From Methanomassiliicoccaceae archaeon (GTDB taxonomy: Archaea > Thermoplasmatota > Thermoplasmata > Methanomassiliicoccales > Methanomassiliicoccaceae), in assembly GCA_963728405.1 (NCBI GenBank), contig CAVSJV010000013.1, positions 119,717 through 183,716 on the forward strand: 64,000 nucleotides of DNA. Direction: 5' to 3'. Positions within the stretch are counted from its first letter, which is position 1. The number at the start of each line of letters is the position of its first letter. The notes beneath the pieces are model-generated. The model was not told the origin of the DNA. It ran no database searches and saw only the letters and a program-made list of their open reading frames with translations. This document shows positions 52,995 to 63,626 of this stretch, in pieces. A program made the translations under genes and the position numbers.

Positions 52995-54885
52995 TCACCT
53001 TTGACCCGTGGTGTTGACCACCATACGCCCTCCCGCCTCCTGGGGTCCAGAGGGGGCTTGACGCTCTACGTTCGCCCGGACCCATTCTCCAAGTTCTACC
53101 TTGCCGATGCCTCCGAAGTAGGCGAAGTTGACCGCAGCGTGTATGACTCCCAGATGGGAGAAGGCCTGCGGGAAGTTGCCGATATGCTCCCCCGTCTCCG
53201 GGTCAAGCTCCTCAGCGAACAGCCCCAGGGGAGTGGCCTTGGCCAACAGATTGTCGTAGATCTTGCGAGCCTCCTCCACCCGTCCGGCCAGGATCAAGGC
53301 ACTGACGAGCCAGAAGGTACATAATGTGAAGGTCGCCTCCTTCCCGCCCACGCCCACTGGAGCGTCCATATATCGGTAGCAAAGGCCGTTGACGACCAGA
53401 TGCTCCATCGTCGCATCGATGGTCGAGAGCATGCGCGGGTCCTTTCCATCAATGAAGCCCATGATGGGGAGCATCAGATTGACCGCGTCCAGATTCTCGT
53501 CCTCGAACGACTGTTTGAACGCGTTCAGCTTGGTGCTCCACCCCTTGGTCATGATCTCATTGCGGATGATATCCTTGGTCTCCCGCCACCGCTGGAGGTC
53601 GCCTTCCAGGTTCATGGCCTCGAACATCTGGATCCCTCGGTCGAGCGCCAACCACAGCATCGCCTTCCCGTAGACGAAGTTGCGATTGCCTCCCCGCACC
53701 TCCCAGATACCCGCGTCAGGCTGCTGCCAGTTATCGCATATCCAATCGAGGACCGCGCGTATCCTCTTTCCGCCATCCGGAGGAGTGAACAGGCCTGACC
53801 GCCATGCAAAGTATCCCGCTCCCATCAGCTCGCCGTACACATCGAGCTGTATCTGGTTGGCCGCCTCGTTCCGATGCGGACCGGCCTGGAATCGCGGTAC
53901 CCTCTGAGATGGTCCAGGGTTTCCTCCTTGGTCTGCCCCTCCGGGACGATAGGGTAGAGGATCTGTACGCTTCAGGTTTGACAGTGTTGAATACCCATTT
54001 GGCATATCTTTCGACAAAGTCAGGGTAACCAGCTAGGACCAGGCTGAGCAATGTGTACGAGCCATCCCGTAGCCAGGTGAAGCGATAATCCCAGTTCATC
54101 TCGCCACCGATCGTCTCGGGAAGAGATGTGGTCGGCGCGGCCACGATCGCTCCCGAAGGCGGGTAGGTCATCAACTGAAGGGTCAAGGCGCTGCGGACCA
54201 CCGTTTCGCGGTAAGGGCCCTGGAGGGTGCACTTGTTGGCCCAGCCCCTCCAGTAGCTCATGGTGGATTGCAACGCGGCGGAGATGGAGGCCAGCGGGCT
54301 CTTGTCCATGTCGTTGGCTAAGGAGAAGTAGAACTGTTCTCCCGGACGGACCACCAAGGTCTGGGACAGGGACATATCGCTTTCATCTATAAGCCATCCC
54401 TGAGGCCCGGTGATCACGAACTTTTCAATCAATGCCTCGCTCCCACCCACATTGAGTGTGGGCGGGTCGCGGGCGTAGTTCGGCCGGGGCCTGCAGGTGC
54501 TCTTCATCACCACAGTTGCCGTCAGGCCTCTCACAATCCTGATGAGCTTTCCCGGCGGGCCACCCTCCACATCCTGCTCCGCCCAGGTCATGTCCATGAA
54601 ATCCAGTAGTGCCACCTTTCCCTGAGAACATTCGAAGACCGTCTCCAGGATGTTGGTGTCCTTGAGGTATCGGTGACGGCTCTTAAAATCACATGTCGGC
54701 TGGATGACCCAGTTGCCACCTTTGTCGGGATCCAGTATTCCAGCGAATATGGATGGGGAATCGAAACGAGGCCAACACAACCAATCGATCGATCCCACGC
54801 TGTTAATGAGCGCAGCCGCGTGTCTGTTGCCGATGAGACCGTAATCCTCAATCGGCCAATAACCATCCAACGGTCCAGAAATCAA
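52995..54885 (-). CDS. Glycoside hydrolase family 15 (glucoamylase/trehalase-like), frameshifted
   Basis: IEDYGLIG, PTTSLPE, NWDYRFTWLRD, QLDVYGE, GIWEVR, GNFPQAFSH. Confidence 0.92.
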
Positions 54886-55169
54886 TACAAACGCCTCCTA
54901 GACGATCTATAGGTCAATTTTTCACCCTCCCCTGATCTCTCGATTCTGATCGTTTAGCTGAGCTGTACTTAGGGTGAGGCTAGGTTCCCAAGCATCTCTA
55001 TGTTCGATCCTCATTCTCCCCAATAATGGAGTTATGAAGGAGGTGCTGATGATTTCGCCATCGATTGGCCCTGGGGGCCTTCAGCAGCTTCCTCAGCACA
55101 TAAACTACAGTTTGCTATGGATTTAAACAATTATCGGTCAAAGATGACCCGCCAACGATATCCTCGCCC

Positions 55170-55649
55170 TCAGGACTTAGCTTTCGATCCGCTGCCGGTC
55201 GTGGCCTTACCGGATGGCTTTTTATCTAGTGGCGGTAGCACAGCGGTGAACGGACCAATGAAGGCGAAAACGATGAACGAAATATGCGCCATACCATGGG
55301 TCTGGGTTTCCGGCATGAAAGTCGTCAGGATGGCCGATCCGATGACTGTAGTTCCTATCGAAGATCCAGGGTTAGAAACACACCTCGATACCCCCGATAG
55401 CTCTCCCTGGTCCTTCTCTGGGAAGCTGGACTGCACGACATGTTGACCGATGAGGTAACAAGCCGACGGGGCTAGGGAGGAAAAAGACCTCGGACCTGAG
55501 GGCGATGCCAGAGAATCATAAAAAAAGAAGTTAACCATATCGGCTGTGATGAGGCCGAAAGCTGCACTAAATATCTCTATTATCATCACGCCCTCATATT
55601 CCCGATCCTTCATGCGCGGTTCGAGACTCGCCCGCCCTGGGGAGACCAA
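55170..55649 (-). pseudogene. MFS transporter C-terminal remnant (paralog of adjacent gene)
   Basis: VVQSSFPEKDQGELSGVSR versus VVQSAFPEKDQVEISGLSR. Confidence 0.75.
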
Positions 55650-55712
55650 ACCCGGGCATGGCCAGATCCTCTTCGATCACCATGATGGCACTTTCTCGAC
55701 CATTTCCCATGT

Positions 55713-57179
55713 TCAGGACCTATCTTTACCTACTCCTGATCCTCCCTTTGACGAATCTGTAACGACACGAGGAATAAGGATTGCCGCGATCAGGCCGACG
55801 ATCGAAACGAGGATGATCGCGATGAGCGCAAACCCATAGGTCTGGGTCTCCGGGAGAATCGTCGTAATCAGTATCGATCCTGCAACCGCTGTCCCGAAGG
55901 AAGAGCCCAGGTTCGACATGCTCCTCGATAGGCCAGAGATCTCAACCTGGTCTTTCTCTGGAAACGCCGATTGGACGACATTAACGGAGGATGTGAGCAT
56001 GGTCCCGATCCCCAGCCCCATCAGGAAGAGACCTGGAACGAAATACCACACGCTGGCAGTGGCTGCACCCGATGCGAGGTATGGCAGCAATATCACCAGG
56101 ATAATACCGACAGTGGTCAGAACGAAGCCGATGCGGATGAGCCTCCTCTGAGTGGTTCTCGTAGCCAGCTTCCTCGCTCTCGTGCCTGTCAGCAGTATGC
56201 CGATCGTTGCAGGTGTAACTATCAGGCCAGCCGAAACCGCACTGAACCCGCGAACGGTTTGGAAGAACACAGAGATCACATAGAAGGCCCCTTGAAGTAC
56301 CATCCATTGGACAAACTGTGTCACCAGCCCGAGGTTAGAGGTGCGGTTACGGAATATGTGGGTCGATAGGAGCGGTGACTTCCCCTTTCTCTCCGCGGAC
56401 CGGATGTGCAGGAAGAAGAGGCCAATAATGATCACGCCTATCGCAACAAGTATCCAGACCGTCGCTGAGAACCATCCATAGGTTCCCGTTGCGAGGATAC
56501 CGAATACCACAAAGAATAGTCCCGATGCCGAGAGTATGGTTCCAATAATATCGAGCTTGGGCTTGGTACACTGTACGCCAGGATCGGAGATCCGGCGGGC
56601 CAGGACGAAGATCAGCAAAACGATTAGGGCCTGTAGGATGAAGGAAGCTCTCCAGCTGATCGCGGTAGTCAAGAAGCCGCCAACTAGCGGGCCGAGTGCA
56701 GCTCCGATCCCCCCCGCGGCGCTGATCCTCCAAAGGCTTTCGCGCGCGATTCCGTACCAGTGTAGTTCACTGTGGCCAAGATATAGACCGGCGGGATCAA
56801 GAGGGCCGATCCTACACCTTGCATAATCGAATAACCGATGTATAGGATGCCTATGCCAGGTGCCAATGCCCCCACCAGCGCACCCAAGCCGTAAACGATG
56901 AGCCCGATTCGGAAAGTGAACTTGCGGCCCCAGATGTCGGTCAGCTTGCTGCCGGGGATGATCAAGGCGGCCATGGTGAGCGTGAAAAGAGTAATGGCTA
57001 TCTGGACGCCGTGCACAGTCCGTGCCCAGGTCACTGGCAATACTGTTGACCGCCACGTTTCATATTTGAGCCGGCGTAGCTACACACGAACTGAGCCAGC
57101 ACCAGAGGAAAAAGGATCGACCCTAGAAGGGCCGCCCTCTTTGAGTTGGCGCTCCTCACCGTCGACGCCTCCTAGGCAT
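55713..57179 (-). CDS. MFS (DHA2-like) transporter, frameshifted
   Basis: GSKLTDIWGRK, AALGPLVGG, many TM segments across frames. Confidence 0.85.
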
Positions 57180-57421
57180 TGAATCAACGTTATTGGTGGA
57201 GGTTTATATCAGTATCTACTATGATAAAGTGCAACCTTGGTCGTTTGGTGAGAGAAAAACCCCTTCAATCCGGGCATAACACCTAATGGGGCCATTTGCC
57301 CATAAACAGTAGGAACAGTGACAATTATCCTGTTAAGTTCCTGTTCTGTTTTGCCAGAATATTGACGGAAACGGGAGAACAGGAGAGTACTACTTTTTCA
57401 AAGAATAAAGAAAGAAGGAAT

Positions 57422-57522
57422 AGGTTTTACCGAGCAAGCGGCTGAACTCGCTTCTTACTGCTATTGACCGAGATAATGAAACATCTGGATGGCCCGAGAT
57501 TCAAATTCGGGCAGACCCGCCA
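57422..57522 (+). repeat. 101-bp direct repeat copy 2
   Basis: See 49997-50097; ends CAGACCC-GCCA. Confidence 0.92.
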
Positions 57523-57727
57523 TCCCTATCCAGTAATCTCCATTTTGTCAATGCGGGGTAATCATTCGCACGACCTTTTCGGCAATTCAATCATGCTGAT
57601 CCCGTCGGGCCAGGAATGGTTTAGCACCAGGGTCACCCGCCTTCACGAATTGTTCATTGATCGACCTATGGTCGTAGATTTTTTATAACGTGACCGACGA
57701 GTGAAATGCTACACATGGGTGAATAAC

Positions 57728-58585
57728 ATGGCCATGATAACGACCACCGATGGGACACAGATCTATTACAAGGATTGGGGAAACGGACAGCCCGTAGTAT
57801 TCAGCCATGGCTGGCCGCTGAGCGCGGACGCTTGGGAAGATCAGATGATGTTTCTGGCTAACCGGGGATACCGTTGCATCGCCCACGACCGGCGCGGCCA
57901 CGGGAGATCAAGCCAGCCCTGGGAAGGCAATGACATGGACACATATGCCGATGACCTCGCGACACTGGTCGAAACGCTCGACCTGAAGGATGTGATCCAT
58001 GTTGGCCACTCCACCGGGGGCGGGGAGGTCGCCCGCTATATCGGCCGCCACGGAACGAGACGCGTGGCCAAGGCCGTATTGATTAGTGCAGTGCCGCCCC
58101 TGATGCTGAAGACAACCGCCAACCCCGGCGGCTTGCCTATCGAGGCCTTCGACACTATCCGCACCGGCGTCCTAGCTGACCGCTCGCAGTTCTTCATGGA
58201 CCTCTCCATGCAGTTCTACGGTTTCAACAGGCCCGGCGCCAAGGTCTCACAAGGTTTACGCGATACGTTCTGGCTTCAAGGAGTGCAGGCAGGATTTAAC
58301 GCCGTCTACGACTGCATCAAAGCTTTCTCTGAGACCGATTTCACCGAAGATCTCAAGAAGTTCGACGTGCCGACACTCATCATCCACGGTGATGACGACC
58401 AGATCGTGCCGATCGGCGATTCGGCCATGCTCTCATCGAAGATCATCAAGGGAGCCCAGCTGAAGGTATATCCGGGTGCACCGCACGGCCTGTGCTCGAC
58501 CCTTAAGGGCAAGGTCAATGAGGATCTGCTTGCGTTTTTCAAGGAGGAAGTGGTCAAAGAAAAACTGCCCACTATCAAGGCTTGA
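57728..58585 (+). CDS. cpo: Non-heme chloroperoxidase/perhydrolase (alpha/beta hydrolase)
   Basis: [39 protein letters not shown]. Confidence 0.93.
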   Translation: MAMITTTDGTQIYYKDWGNGQPVVFSHGWPLSADAWEDQMMFLANRGYRCIAHDRRGHGRSSQPWEGNDMDTYADDLATLVETLDLKDVIHVGHSTGGGEVARYIGRHGTRRVAKAVLISAVPPLMLKTTANPGGLPIEAFDTIRTGVLADRSQFFMDLSMQFYGFNRPGAKVSQGLRDTFWLQGVQAGFNAVYDCIKAFSETDFTEDLKKFDVPTLIIHGDDDQIVPIGDSAMLSSKIIKGAQLKVYPGAPHGLCSTLKGKVNEDLLAFFKEEVVKEKLPTIKA

Positions 58586-59259
58586 GCTTTCAAGAGACGC
58601 AGTGCTCATAATGGGTGGAGAGGTGGTCTTTCCAGGATAAGGGTCAAACGAGGGCGTAGATGGATCGGACAGCTCCAATGGTGATTATTGCAGAGTTAAT
58701 GATTGACCAGGGTGGCCCCCCGACCCGGGTGACCACGGTGTCTAGTCTGCCCACCTCGACGACGGGCATAGCGGCAATATGATCTCAAACGCGATACGGG
58801 CGACTCCATCCCGCCCATCTTTGTATTTTCATATCGGGTTGGTTTCCGATCATTGCAACTTGGTTGAATAAGTGGAAGAAAAGTGCGCGTCAGCGTTTCT
58901 ATCAGAATGGGGTTGAAAGGGGCGATTTGGGACGTTATGGTTATGGGCGGAGAATATTATTCAAGCCCGGTAGATGATCCAGAATCATCTGCCTCTTGGA
59001 AAACTGCGTAGTTTTATTTAAGAAATACTTTTTTGGCCTTATGATGGGCTACATCTGGCTGGAAGAATGATACCACTACGCCGCCCCGGGGCCATATCCA
59101 GAACGGAGTTTTGAGAAAGTAAGATCGAATTTCAAACATTCGAACCGTTCATAATTCGGTCCGAGGGGGAGCGGTAAAGAGGAAATTGGTGATCGATAGT
59201 CAAACCCAGATGTGATAATACTTTTAAAACTGGAACCCATTATGTCGGTCAGGGAGGTC

Positions 59260-60423
59260 ATGGCGCTAAGGTTGGTGGAAATCATCGTGCCGGCCGGTCT
59301 TTCGAAGAGGGTGAAGGAACTCCTCGAAGGGCAGCAGCTAGACGAGTTGCTGATAATCCCAATGACTGAGGAGTTGATCTCGGTGCGCCTCGTCCTCGAT
59401 GCAGAAGAGACCGAGGCCATCACCGAAAAGTTCCGAGAGGTCTTCGACAGCTTTGAGGGATTCAGGATAAACTTGATCCCACTAGATGCGACGATACCGG
59501 AGCACAGATCCAGGAAGGAAAGGAAAAAAGAACAAGATAAGGAGCAGGAGAAGGCGGTAAAGAAAGCCCCTGAAGCTAAGACTCCTCAAGCAGGAACAAC
59601 CCCGCCTACTGCAACTATTACCTCCTCGTCCCTCACGGAAAGTGAGAGGAGATCACCTCCGGGGGGACAGCAGATGCCCCCAAAGGAGGAGGAGGAGGAG
59701 AGGAGCCCGCGCATCAGCAGGGACGAGCTATACTCAAACCTGAGCGACGCGGTCAAGGTAAATAGAAACTACATAGCACTGGTGACGCTCTCGGTGATCG
59801 TGGCCTCGGTAGGCCTGTTGGGGAACAACGTCCCAGTGATAATTGGGGCCATGGTCATTGCCCCGCTGCTAGCTCCTAACGTAGCCCTGTCCCTATCCAC
59901 TACCCTTGCCAACCGAAGTCTGGCGGGAAAGGCCCTGGTGGCGCTGGGTCTGGGCCTGATCCTATCTCTGGGAATCTCCTTCGTCTTGGGCGTATTCCTG
60001 CAGGTGAACCCGACGCTTCCGGAGATAGCACTGCGGACCCACGTGAGCATGGGGGACATCGTCATAGGACTGGCCGCGGGGGCGGCTGCAGCCCTCTTCT
60101 TTAGCATAGGGGTTGGGACCGCATTGGTGGGAGTGACCGTTGCGGCGGCCCTATTACCTCCGTTGGTGGTCACCGGTCTTCTCCTAGGGGCAGGAGATGT
60201 GGACCTCGCGATACAATCCCTGCTCCTCTTGGTCAGCAATCTGATCGGCATTAATCTGGCCGGAACAGTGGTCTTCATTCTACAAGGGGTCTGGCCCAGC
60301 TCCTGGTGGGAAGAGAGGAAGGCCAAACGCACTGCCATAAGTGCCGTTATCATCTGGACGATCCTGTTCCTGGTGTTGGCCCTCATCATCCTCTCAATCG
60401 AGCACATCAACGTCATCAGCTGA
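59260..60423 (+). CDS. TIGR00341/DUF389 membrane protein
   Basis: IIGAMVIAPLL, LVGVTVAAALLPP, WWEERKAK. Confidence 0.9.
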   Translation: MALRLVEIIVPAGLSKRVKELLEGQQLDELLIIPMTEELISVRLVLDAEETEAITEKFREVFDSFEGFRINLIPLDATIPEHRSRKERKKEQDKEQEKAVKKAPEAKTPQAGTTPPTATITSSSLTESERRSPPGGQQMPPKEEEEERSPRISRDELYSNLSDAVKVNRNYIALVTLSVIVASVGLLGNNVPVIIGAMVIAPLLAPNVALSLSTTLANRSLAGKALVALGLGLILSLGISFVLGVFLQVNPTLPEIALRTHVSMGDIVIGLAAGAAAALFFSIGVGTALVGVTVAAALLPPLVVTGLLLGAGDVDLAIQSLLLLVSNLIGINLAGTVVFILQGVWPSSWWEERKAKRTAISAVIIWTILFLVLALIILSIEHINVIS

Positions 60424-60783
60424 GCGTTATGCCTCCTCGGTCCATTTGGAATACAACGAGAAGCCATGATTGTTATCTTTCGCGGGCCAGCAGTTCATAA
60501 CGTGGTGATAAAGAAGGCTATCCCCCACGATTTGCTCCCCTCGTCGTGGATGAAGTCATCCGCGCCCCTAGGATGCGTTCGAGGAGTGGTTGAAAACGAT
60601 GGACGTGAGGGGCTTCAAGTTGTTACTTATTTCAAGCTCGAGGACGAGGCGTACAGGTTGGTTGACTTATCATCTGGATGCTCTAAGATCTCCACCTATT
60701 GAGCCAGAAACTCATCTTGCAGACATGATGCAAAATTTTATTATTATCATGTAGCTAATTAAAAACGATTAGCAATAGATTAG

Positions 60784-61998
60784 GTGGATTCTATGAGGGC
60801 CGTGGTTTCTGGTGCCGGGATCGCCGGGCTGTCGTTCGCCCTGTGCATGCAGCGGGCAGGGCATGATGTGATCGTGATCGAAAGGTCGCCGCAGCTACGC
60901 GATGCGGGCTACATGATGGACTTCTTCGGACCAGGCTACGACATGGCGGAGGTCCTAGGACTGCTTCCAGAGATAGAGAAGATCCACTATCCGATCGGCA
61001 ACTTCGCTTTCCTAAAGCCTGATGGCAGCCCCAAGTTTTCATTGAGCTACGAGACCTTCCGGAAACTGTTCGATGGTCGGCATTTCAACTTCATGCGGGG
61101 TGACCTGGAGAGGCTGCTCTACGAAGCGCTCCCGGACCGGAGCGGGGTCAGGTTCGGGCGGACGATAACTAGGGTAGATCAAGGAGGCCGTAATGTTCGC
61201 GTAGTACTGGACGATGGAACGGAACTGGAGGGTGATGTCTTGGTTGGCGCCGACGGGATCTACTCCAATGTGCGTGGCCTGGTCTTCGGTCCGGGATCCG
61301 ACTACGAACGGTATTTGGGGTTCCATACCTTTGCCTACATTCTGGACGACCCTGAGCTGCATCGATCGACCGAGGACACCTTCTCCACCTTGACGGTACC
61401 GGGGCGACAGGTAGCCATCTATCCGATCCGTGGGGGCAGAACGGCGGCTTTCTTTGTGCACGAGGCCGCAACTCCGCCAGATGACCTTTCAGAAGAAGGG
61501 GCCATGCAAGAGCTGAGAAAGGAGTATAGTTGCCTGGACTGGGTGGTCCCCCTATTGATCGAGGAGGCCGGGGAGTTGCCCGGCATTTACTTCGATTCCG
61601 TCTCGCAGATCATCATGCCGCGGTGGAGCGAGGGCCGCATCGTCCTGGTCGGCGACGCGGCCTACTGTGTTTCTCTGCTAGCCGGGCAGGGTTCGGCCAT
61701 GGCCATGGTGGGAGCCGGCATTCTGGCGGCAGAGCTTGACCACCGCCCTGATGACCACGCCGCGGCTTTGGCCTCTTACGAGAGTAGGATGCGCCCCTAT
61801 ATCGATCTCCGGCAGAAGGCGGGCCGCGACTTCGCCGACCTGTTCGTGCCAAAAAGCGAGCTCAAGCTGATTTTTCGAGACCTGGTCATGCGCTACTCTG
61901 CCTGGCCGCCCATGTCATGGCTGGTCAAACAGGACATCGCGGGGGGAAGGATGGACCCGGAGGACGCTCGTTTGCTCGAAAGGTTCGGACCTCCCTGA
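60784..61998 (+). CDS. FAD-dependent monooxygenase/oxidoreductase
   Basis: GAGIAG, VGADGIYS, LVGDAA…GQG. Confidence 0.92.
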   Translation: MDSMRAVVSGAGIAGLSFALCMQRAGHDVIVIERSPQLRDAGYMMDFFGPGYDMAEVLGLLPEIEKIHYPIGNFAFLKPDGSPKFSLSYETFRKLFDGRHFNFMRGDLERLLYEALPDRSGVRFGRTITRVDQGGRNVRVVLDDGTELEGDVLVGADGIYSNVRGLVFGPGSDYERYLGFHTFAYILDDPELHRSTEDTFSTLTVPGRQVAIYPIRGGRTAAFFVHEAATPPDDLSEEGAMQELRKEYSCLDWVVPLLIEEAGELPGIYFDSVSQIIMPRWSEGRIVLVGDAAYCVSLLAGQGSAMAMVGAGILAAELDHRPDDHAAALASYESRMRPYIDLRQKAGRDFADLFVPKSELKLIFRDLVMRYSAWPPMSWLVKQDIAGGRMDPEDARLLERFGPP

Positions 61999-62225
61999 TC
62001 CGATGCGATCGGCGTCAATCCATCCTTGAGCATTCCATATGATTCCATCAAGAGCATGGGCCCCTTGACTAAAAAATCGGTAGAGCGGATATGGGTCATC
62101 TGATCGGTTAGATGCGCCAGGATGGCTCATCCACTCATATTCAACGGCGGGTCGGTCCCGGCTCAACGGCCACCGGCCGTTCCTATAGGGTGCAGGTTAG
62201 CTATGATCCATAGGAATAGGAAGGA

Positions 62226-62804
62226 TCATCTTAACGAGCCGATGATCTCGGCGGTGCTCCTGACCCGGCCTAGCCTCTTGAGTATGGCATTGACCGCGAC
62301 ATGGTGCTGTTCCTCCGATACGGCCGTCATGGCATTCTCAGCGAAGATCTGCTGGTAACCATACTCATAGGCGGATCGCGCGGTACTCTCTACACCGTAG
62401 TCCGTGGTTATGCCGCAGAGCACGATTGTCCGCATACCTCGTCTTCTAAGCTGAAGGTCCAGTTCCGTTCCGTAGAACGCGCCCCACTGACGTTTGGTGA
62501 TGATAATGTCCGAAGGGACGGGGGCGATCTCCGGAACGAGATCAGCAAATCCTGAGGGCGAATCAAGAGGGTCCAAAGGAGGAAGGTCGCTCTCGGGGGC
62601 CAGTGCAAAGGGCTTCGCCAGCTCGACCCGGACGAGGAACACAGGCATGCTTCTTTCGCGAAAGGCTCGCACCAGCATCGATGTGTTGGCTATCACAACC
62701 TGAGCCGAGTAAGGTTGAAGCGAAGGGTCCCTAGCTATCCCTTTCTGAAGATCGATCACCACTAGGGCAGTGGTATTTACGTCTATCTTCAATTTCCCTG
62801 CCAT
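62226..62804 (-). CDS. Isochorismatase-family hydrolase (YecD-like)
   Basis: VIDLQ, KRQWGAFYGT, GITTDYGVESTAR. Confidence 0.9.
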   Translation of the reverse strand: MAGKLKIDVNTTALVVIDLQKGIARDPSLQPYSAQVVIANTSMLVRAFRERSMPVFLVRVELAKPFALAPESDLPPLDPLDSPSGFADLVPEIAPVPSDIIITKRQWGAFYGTELDLQLRRRGMRTIVLCGITTDYGVESTARSAYEYGYQQIFAENAMTAVSEEQHHVAVNAILKRLGRVRSTAEIIGSLR

Positions 62805-62869
62805 ATGTGCAGTTAATGGTGCCTTCTTTCTAATAAGCGTGGCCAACTATTTTCACCTGGTCGGTCGGA

Positions 62870-63420
62870 ATGACCGTCCTTGGCAAGAGAATGCCGATGG
62901 ACCTGTTCCTCCGATCGCTGGCAGAGGCTAAAGGTGATAGGTCGGTAACCATCGTCCTTTCCGGAATGGGGACAGATAGGTCCCTAGGCATAAAGGACAT
63001 CAAGGAGCGGCTTGGTCTAGGGATCGCGCAGGACCTTATTTCGGCCGAGCATGATGACATGCCTAGGAACGCCGTCGAGACCGGCCTCGTGGATTATGTG
63101 CTCCCGCCATCGATGATGTGTTCCAGGTCGTTAGATATCTCCGAGGCATTGATCTGACCGCAATGGCCCAGGAGATCATTGACACACTAGAGATGGAAGA
63201 GCAGGAAGTTCAGACCAAGGATGGCGCCTGGTACCTCATGCGCTTGCTCCCATATCGTACTGAAGGCAACACCCCGGATGGGGTAGTGATAACCTTTGTC
63301 GACATCACTTCCCGAAAGCAGGCCGAAGAGAAGATCATCTCAGTGGCGGAGGATGCAAAGAGTAAAGCACATAGATTAGAGGATATTCTGAAATTATTGG
63401 CGAGGGTTCGATCGAACTAG
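62870..63420 (+). pseudogene. CheB-CheR-PAS fusion remnant with CheR deleted
   Basis: CheB tail (VLSGMGTD…AQD…DMPRNAV) followed by PAS tail (WYLMRLLPYRT…GVVITFVDIT). Confidence 0.8.
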
Positions 63421-63626
63421 ATATGGCGGACGGGCGATCTGTGCCAACAAAGCTGCTTTGGATCTGCTTGATATAAAAAACCGCTGAAGAATTTAGCAGC
63501 TTTTTAGATATCCGGAGCTGGATGGAGAAGCGATACCGATTAAAGATCAACCCCCGCGAAAAGTAATAAGGGGCGAATCGTTCTTCGATAGGAACACCAA
63601 GTGAAAAAAAGGACAGAGAGACGCAC

